A stretch of 32,613 bases of DNA from Promethearchaeota archaeon (GTDB taxonomy: Archaea; Asgardarchaeota; Lokiarchaeia; Sigyniarchaeales; SOKP01). Every line of letters starts with the position of its first letter. Positions within the stretch are counted from its first letter, which is position 1. Below the pieces are notes generated by a model. That model searched no databases. It worked only from the letters and a program-made list of their open reading frames with translations, and was not told the origin of the DNA. This document shows, piece after piece, positions 27,801 through 32,613 of the stretch. The DNA lies in NCBI GenBank assembly GCA_048938005.1, contig JBHLMQ010000035.1, forward strand, positions 1 through 32,613, given 5' to 3'. A program made the translations under genes and the position numbers.

Positions 27801-28383
27801 TTTTCAGGAGGCAAAAGAAGGAGGATACGATGTTACAACTTTAATTTCAAAAGATATCAATATATCACTCTCGATTCAAATTTTTATATTAGACGAATTA
27901 TTCTCTTTAGATAGGAATATAACTGTTTCAATAGATGATGTATTTTTAGAAATATCTTATGATGTTTTTTATAGAGATATTTTGGAAGAACCATGGTTTT
28001 TTACCACACTATTGGTAATTGCTAGTGTAATTACTGCAGGTGTTGGGGGATATCTTGTTGCATATCAAAAATATTTAAAGTATCCTAGACCTGTTAGAAA
28101 AGTAAGAAAATTCAAGCGAACTTTACGGAAGACAAAAGAACCTAATGTAATTATAATGCCTAGAGAAATTGCATTCAGACGAATGTATAGTCGAGAGATA
28201 AGTGGTAGTAGTATTAAATTGGCTAAAACAAAACCCTTAGAATCAACTCTACCCGAAAAATTAGGAGCTGAACCAGTAGAACCTACGATGGAACCAGAAG
28301 AACTTATAGAAAAATCAATAGAAAAAAAGACGGAACTAGATAAATTAGTTAAAGATTCAGTAGAAGAAGCCTCTAAAAAATGA
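24817..28383 (+). CDS. Large membrane-anchored surface protein made of two fused modules
   Basis: Two TM-ectodomain-TM-KYP(K/R)PVRKVRK units about 595 aa apart; shared AYNQTKNLGQDS, IKSCN and TFQEAK.GG.DV. Confidence 0.85.
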   Translation: MKLEKQKERFYFFIIIILFILSFNIFTLNIVFGQNSANIAKNSLNTLEIEKQGKIHTSSEIPHQNIEWLKNSDFNTTEYWVSNITGDSRDIDANINNDQANYYILGDQGTYSNVSGTPTSSYWKNVTNTNFPSLPSFQEIDDYGCHVYHSWQDPEDPFQMVSIHWDRNITLPDFFDITDYNITSASLTAIVNATVTPYGTTPLYRRGVDVEGDTIDGSDPDFQREYDYVRFYVLISDLQKNYTYELAYNQTKNLGQDSGPTISNMIDTEMFTYSEEKIISHLTTVLEKDPDHRSFTLTLGMRIYCADNGMGDNDTWNSLRIKSCNFSFAYEKIINKFSYAVWEQESNEISGNNVQITDAILNFDYKINQTWSMALSPNSEIRILINGKQHTETLRLSNAPLTFQEAKVGGFDVSTLISAYINISISIQVFLGDEFGLDQEVKISIDNVSLKISYFEIFSDVLPEPLIFRILLIVALVASLILGSYLVLYQKILKYPKPVRKVRKYKRTLRRKKAPSTPISSRERSFTASFNKELSTTASLRKGKPTEQKIEPTKKVSTVPKNPSSNNVNNTSEKLESNNNTNLFKHPTKRKDQKRFEKLKKRKHISKSLSFSKHQKFFILIIILLILLLNPFIIRIVNTQNYSEFKNNEFNFKEIQNPESLSLSAVNSVTREWLQNSEFDTSEHWNLLKEETGDKDDIDGNISQGQANYKVLGEIRTYSNISGPPDDTWTRVVNPNFPDLPDTAQIIDGYGCYVSHEWAERADQSPSVHWDKNVTMPVSMSDYIIKSVSLNTVVNATVQATGGGSGGIEVPGDTVTVNATHDYVSFYVLLSDLSKEKVYKVAYNQTKNLGQDSNPTITNMLDTALTNVPQKRLIEYLTSVLRTDNLHFTITLGIRIWCEDNFNWDEDDWVDLWIKSCNLSFTYERKIDRFTAISWNQVGDDISGDNIQITEANLRFKYKIDQLWPVSAPYSEIRVLINDNPLTGTELKLSSATLTFQEAKEGGYDVTTLISKDINISLSIQIFILDELFSLDRNITVSIDDVFLEISYDVFYRDILEEPWFFTTLLVIASVITAGVGGYLVAYQKYLKYPRPVRKVRKFKRTLRKTKEPNVIIMPREIAFRRMYSREISGSSIKLAKTKPLESTLPEKLGAEPVEPTMEPEELIEKSIEKKTELDKLVKDSVEEASKK

Positions 28384-28397
28384 TAAATCAAAGAGTA

Positions 28398-28955
28398 TCA
28401 ATCAATTTCATTTTTTAAACAAGCTAGTATTATAGCATTATGATATTTTCCTTGAAAATTCATATATTGTTTTAATATACCTTCTTCTTTAAATCCACAT
28501 TTTTCAAAGAGAGAAATTGATCTCTTATTAACTACAGCTATATATGCTTCAAGTCGGTTTATTTTCAGATGATTAAATGCGATGTTTTTAAGCAAATTTA
28601 TAGATCGTTCCCCCAATCCTTTACCCCAAAAAGAAGGAATTAACCATATTCCAACTTGGGACCGAAGATGCTGCCAGTTGACATTCCAAAGACTGATTGA
28701 GCCGATTTTTACCTTATTTGCTTCATGTAATTCAATTATATAATTAAATTGAAGATAATTATCCCAATATTTTAAATAACTACTAATTAACCTTTTAGTA
28801 TGTTCTAAAGTTCCTAAAGGACCTAATGACAGGTAATTTGTTATACCTTTTTCATTTAAACTTTTTAGAAAAAATTTTGCATCAGATTTAGAAATCTTTC
28901 TGAGAAATAGATTCTTATCGTTTATTTCTTCAATAATTTCTAAATCTAGTCTCAT
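28398..28955 (-). CDS. GNAT N-acetyltransferase, RimJ/RimL family
   Basis: LFLRKI, IGSISL, FWGKGLG and NKRSISLFEKCGFKEEG. Confidence 0.92.
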   Translation of the reverse strand: MRLDLEIIEEINDKNLFLRKISKSDAKFFLKSLNEKGITNYLSLGPLGTLEHTKRLISSYLKYWDNYLQFNYIIELHEANKVKIGSISLWNVNWQHLRSQVGIWLIPSFWGKGLGERSINLLKNIAFNHLKINRLEAYIAVVNKRSISLFEKCGFKEEGILKQYMNFQGKYHNAIILACLKNEID

Positions 28956-29051
28956 TCTCTGGAAATTATAATTATTTATCTCTTATATTGAAAATTTTAC
29001 TTATAAATATATAAAAAAAAGGATAAAAAAAATTGTATTGTTTTTGAGGGA

Positions 29052-29882
29052 TTACATTCCTCCAGTGTATTCTGGTTGCTTCTTTCTTAAGAAAGCATTT
29101 ATTCCTTCTTTAACATCACTGCTAGCTGAGTTTACACCAAAACCTAGTTGTTCAAAAATTACTCCAACATTTAATGCAGCTTGAGTTCCAAATTTAGTAG
29201 CTTTCTTAATTACGTATAAACTAGTCGTAGCAGCATGCCCCAACCATGATGCTTTTTCATGTATTAATTTTTCGAACTCTTCACCATCGTCGCTAATAAA
29301 ACTGACATATCCCCATTCTAACATCTGTTCAGCACTTATACGTTCACCAAAATAAATCATTCTTATAGCTCTATTTAGCCCAATACGGCGAGCCATTCTT
29401 TGAGTTCCTCCGTTAGCCGGAAAAATTCCTCTTAAAATCTCTGGAAATCCAAATTCTGATCTCTTTGTAGCTATGACAATATCACATACAAGAGTTAATT
29501 CGCAACCGCCTCCAAAAGCATATCCGTCGACAGCCGCTATTAAAGGTTTGGCAAAACCTTCAATCCAATCATAATATCTATGCTTTACATGCATTGCATG
29601 GGACATATGCACTGGTATATTCATTTTCACACCTCCGCCCATTCCTGACGCTAAATCAGCTCCCGAAGAAAAAGCTGGTTTTTTTGTAAAATCTTTAGTA
29701 CCTCTAAGCACGACACATCTTATACTGGAATCCAATTCCATCGGTTCAAGGGCTTCTACTAATTCCTTCAATAAAGGATTATGTAATGCATTCAGTTTAT
29801 CTGGTCTGTTTAAAGATATAACAGCGTAATTTCCTTCCTCATTCTTTTCTACAATTATATGTTCATATTTTTTTTCTGACAT
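29052..29882 (-). CDS. Enoyl-CoA hydratase/isomerase (crotonase)
   Basis: LNRPDKLNAL, FSSGADL, AVDGYAFGGGCEL and FGFPE (both catalytic Glu present). Confidence 0.93.
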   Translation of the reverse strand: MSEKKYEHIIVEKNEEGNYAVISLNRPDKLNALHNPLLKELVEALEPMELDSSIRCVVLRGTKDFTKKPAFSSGADLASGMGGGVKMNIPVHMSHAMHVKHRYYDWIEGFAKPLIAAVDGYAFGGGCELTLVCDIVIATKRSEFGFPEILRGIFPANGGTQRMARRIGLNRAIRMIYFGERISAEQMLEWGYVSFISDDGEEFEKLIHEKASWLGHAATTSLYVIKKATKFGTQAALNVGVIFEQLGFGVNSASSDVKEGINAFLRKKQPEYTGGM

Positions 29883-30052
29883 TTAATCTAACCTCTTTTC
29901 TAATGGTTTTACAATCCTTAAAATTTAGATTTAAAGATAAGTAGTAATATTTTTTCTAAAATTAAAAATTTTCAAATTGACATTCTCATTTCTTTAAAAA
30001 ATTAACTTGAAATTAAAAAAAAAAAAGAAAAAAAAGAGCATTTAAGATTGTT

Positions 30053-31225
30053 TTATTTCATGTCAACCCATTTACCAGATTTCAACAATTCACATGGTTT
30101 AAAATATTCTTTACCTGTAAGCTCAACAAGTTCATTTAAGACTTCAACTTGTTTCTGCCATGTATTTACGTTTGGAGCCATCGGACCAGGCATATTCATC
30201 CCTGCCATTAAGGTTTTATCAATTACTTCCCAACTAGTTGTTACTCCTTCTTCTAAAAGTCTGCATGCCTCATTTAACATAATAGCAATTGGATATTTCA
30301 TCTTATAAATTCTTGCTTTGCCAGCACTTTTATCTGGTTCAGGTCTACCTTTAGACCAGTCTCGAAATCCTTGACCCGTTTTCATACCCAGTTTCCCTTC
30401 ATTAAATAGTTTAGTTATTACTTTCCCCGGAGCAAAATCGGGTGAAAGGGTTTGAGAATAATAAACTTGGCCATGATATAGAACATCAATACCTACATAA
30501 TCAGCTAGTACTGTTATTGACATAGGACCAGTTCGGGCATCATTATCAAGTTGGTCCCATGAAATTCCTTCTTCAGCGCATTTGTCAAAAACATAATTTT
30601 GATATATTTGAGGTGGTGCCGTTACTCTATTACAGATAAATCCTGGTCTATCCTTTAATACTTTTGCGATATACCTTTCTCCTCTAAGGCAAGGGATAGA
30701 TTTTGCGAATTCCGTTCCTATATTTATACTTTCATCAGAAGAATGTTCGCTATAAATAACTTCAATCAATCTCATTAAGGGTACAGGATTAAAAAAGTGC
30801 ATTCCAATACATTTATCTGGCCTCCCTGATTCTTTTCCAATATCCGTAATACTCATTGTAGATGTATTTGAAGCAAGAATACAGTGAGGTGGAGCATTTT
30901 CTCCACAAGTTTTAAAAACCTGTTGTTTTACATTCATCTTTTCGATGACTGCTTCAATCATTATATCAGCATCTTTTACTGCTGATGCTAAATCTGTCGA
31001 TTTTTTACAATTTGCCAAAAAATCAGCAGCAGTTTTACCTCCGGGTAAAGTTCCCTTCGCTTCGAGCTTTTTCATTCCTTCCTCGATTTTATTCCACCCT
31101 TTATCAACAAACTCATCGTTTATATCGACCATTGTGACATTATAGCCGGCCATTAAGGCCATCTGACCAATTCCATGACCCATTTGCCCAGCGCCTACCA
31201 CAACTAAATTTTTAATATCAGCCAT
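30053..31225 (-). CDS. 3-hydroxyacyl-CoA dehydrogenase (start corrected to ATG 31225; 390 aa)
   Basis: VVGAGQMGHGI, EAVIE, LASNTS, GMHFFNP and PGFICNR; second C-terminal domain NEACRLLEEG; GAGG upstream of ATG 31225. Confidence 0.93.
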   Translation of the reverse strand: MADIKNLVVVGAGQMGHGIGQMALMAGYNVTMVDINDEFVDKGWNKIEEGMKKLEAKGTLPGGKTAADFLANCKKSTDLASAVKDADIMIEAVIEKMNVKQQVFKTCGENAPPHCILASNTSTMSITDIGKESGRPDKCIGMHFFNPVPLMRLIEVIYSEHSSDESINIGTEFAKSIPCLRGERYIAKVLKDRPGFICNRVTAPPQIYQNYVFDKCAEEGISWDQLDNDARTGPMSITVLADYVGIDVLYHGQVYYSQTLSPDFAPGKVITKLFNEGKLGMKTGQGFRDWSKGRPEPDKSAGKARIYKMKYPIAIMLNEACRLLEEGVTTSWEVIDKTLMAGMNMPGPMAPNVNTWQKQVEVLNELVELTGKEYFKPCELLKSGKWVDMK

Positions 31226-31557
31226 TTTATTTTTCAACCTCTTAAAATTAAATTGGAAATTATTTTTATACATTGTTAAATTCAACATATATTATAATTT
31301 TTTTTTATCTTTGATTATCAAATTGGAAAAAAAAATGATTTAATTTTATAATTAATATAATCATTTTCAACATTTTTTATGAAAAAAATTTAGTCAATAT
31401 CATTTATCCTAATTAAAATTAGAGCTAATTGCATTTTGAAAGATAATAGATCAATTCAATTTAATTTCAATTGATAATCAAAGAGAATTTATAGACTAAT
31501 TTTTTTTGCACAGTTAGGAATCTACACATTTAATAATATTTTTAAAAAAAAAGAGGT

Positions 31558-32613
31558 TTGAATTATAAAAATAGCAAAAGTTAAAGGTATTGAAATAAAG
31601 CTCCATTTATCAACATTATTAATTATAGCATTAGTGGGTTTTTATTCAATAGGTTTTTATCTTTCTTTAGTATCTAATGCAACCATAGTCGATTTAATAA
31701 TTGTTGGATTAATTAATGGAGTAATTTTATTGCTCTCAATTTTGATTCATGAATTAAGTCATTCAATAATGGCACAAAGATATGGACTAAATGTTTCGGA
31801 AATTGAACTTTATTTATTTGGTGGCGTTTCGAAAATTGAGGAAGAACCAAGAACACCAAAGTCTGAAATGATCATCTCAATTGTTGGTCCATTAACAAGC
31901 TTATTTATTGGTATAGGACTATTGTTGTTATTTTTCTTGCCTATAAATCTTCCTCCCATCATAGCGGTTACATTATTATATTCTGGTATATCAAATATAA
32001 GTTTGAGTATTTTTAATTTACTTCCAGCTTTTCCAATTGATGGAGGGAGAATATTGCGAGCTTTTTTATGGAAACGAAAAAATAATAGATTATCTGCAAC
32101 AAGAACAGCTTCGAAAGTTGGGTCTTTTTTTGGTTATGGCTTAATGATTTATGGATTTCTCCAGATATTTGCTATTGGATTATTTAATGGAGTTTGGTTA
32201 ATATTAATTGGCTCATTCTTGAATTCTTCTGCAAAACAATCATACATTCAGACAAAAAATGAAGTTATTTTATCTAATATCAGTGTGAGAGACATGTTTA
32301 GTGTGCCAAATCTGCAAATCCCTTTTAACTTAACACTCGATGTGGCAATAAGAGAATTCTTTATTCCTTACAAGAAATCTTATTTCCCAGTTTTTCAACG
32401 AGATGAAATCATAGGGATAATTCATATTGAAGATATTAAGAGAATACCCATAAAGCAAAGATCAGAGATCATAGTAGGATATTTAATGAGAAGACTTTCC
32501 GAATTTCCATCTATAGATGTACAAGAATCAGGAAAAGAAGCATTAAAGAAGTTTAAGAAGATAAATAAAGGTCCACTAATTTTAATTGTGAAAGGAAATA
32601 ATGCTGAAGAGTT
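31558..32613 (+). CDS. Site-2 protease (M50) with C-terminal CBS-like region, 3'-partial
   Basis: Not in the ORF track. Manual translation from TTG 31558 gives MNYKIAKVKGIEIKLH.., ILIHELSHS (HExxH), LFGGVS, VGP and FNLLPAFPIDGGR; the frame stays open to the window end. The exact start is uncertain. Confidence 0.9.

Noticed and set aside
2836-31145. Short antisense or overlapping ORFs in the track (e.g. 2836-3093, 8837-9088, 9550-9813, 13570-13851, 26283-26558, 28065-28391, 30048-30308)
   Set aside because: They overlap well-supported genes and have shadow-ORF composition with no motifs.
31226-31288. 21-aa N-terminal extension of the 3-hydroxyacyl-CoA dehydrogenase ORF
   Set aside because: The Rossmann motif begins just after ATG 31225, which has a GAGG upstream; the extension looks like promoter DNA.
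1-32613. Selenoprotein (TGA readthrough), CRISPR array, tRNA/rRNA, transposase or integrase
   Set aside because: TGA-terminated genes end at plausible C-termini with no Sec-type motif; no repeat-spacer array, cloverleaf or recombinase motif was seen by eye.

Overview
A strongly AT-rich, gene-dense prokaryotic window. Its content best fits an Asgard archaeon (Lokiarchaeia/Promethearchaeia-like); this is inferred from a geranylgeranyl reductase, longin-like and Ras-like domains and a TrmB-type regulator. About 26 CDS are present. Most are metabolic or housekeeping: SDR, M20, M42 and M50 peptidases, bacterial-type GAPDH, DUF2156, a C_GCAxxG_C_C protein, an MFS transporter, a membrane alpha/beta hydrolase, GGR, an MBL hydrolase, a GNAT, and a 3-hydroxyacyl-CoA dehydrogenase/enoyl-CoA hydratase pair. 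The most striking item is 14693..15733, a folliculin/SMCR8-like longin domain that keeps the LARG arginine-finger motif and is fused to a divergent small GTPase. Nearby are a longin + tandem winged-helix (NPRL2/3-like) gene paired with a Zn-domain/TrmB/long-helical regulator, and a three-copy membrane-anchored surface module with a conserved basic tail, one copy cut short by an in-frame TAA. There is also an orphan HerA-like ATPase with a coiled-coil tail. Non-coding items include a 79-nt inverted-repeat element and a 194-bp-periodic palindrome array. No rRNA, tRNA, CRISPR array or transposase was recognised. All family calls come from motifs read by eye; no searches were run.
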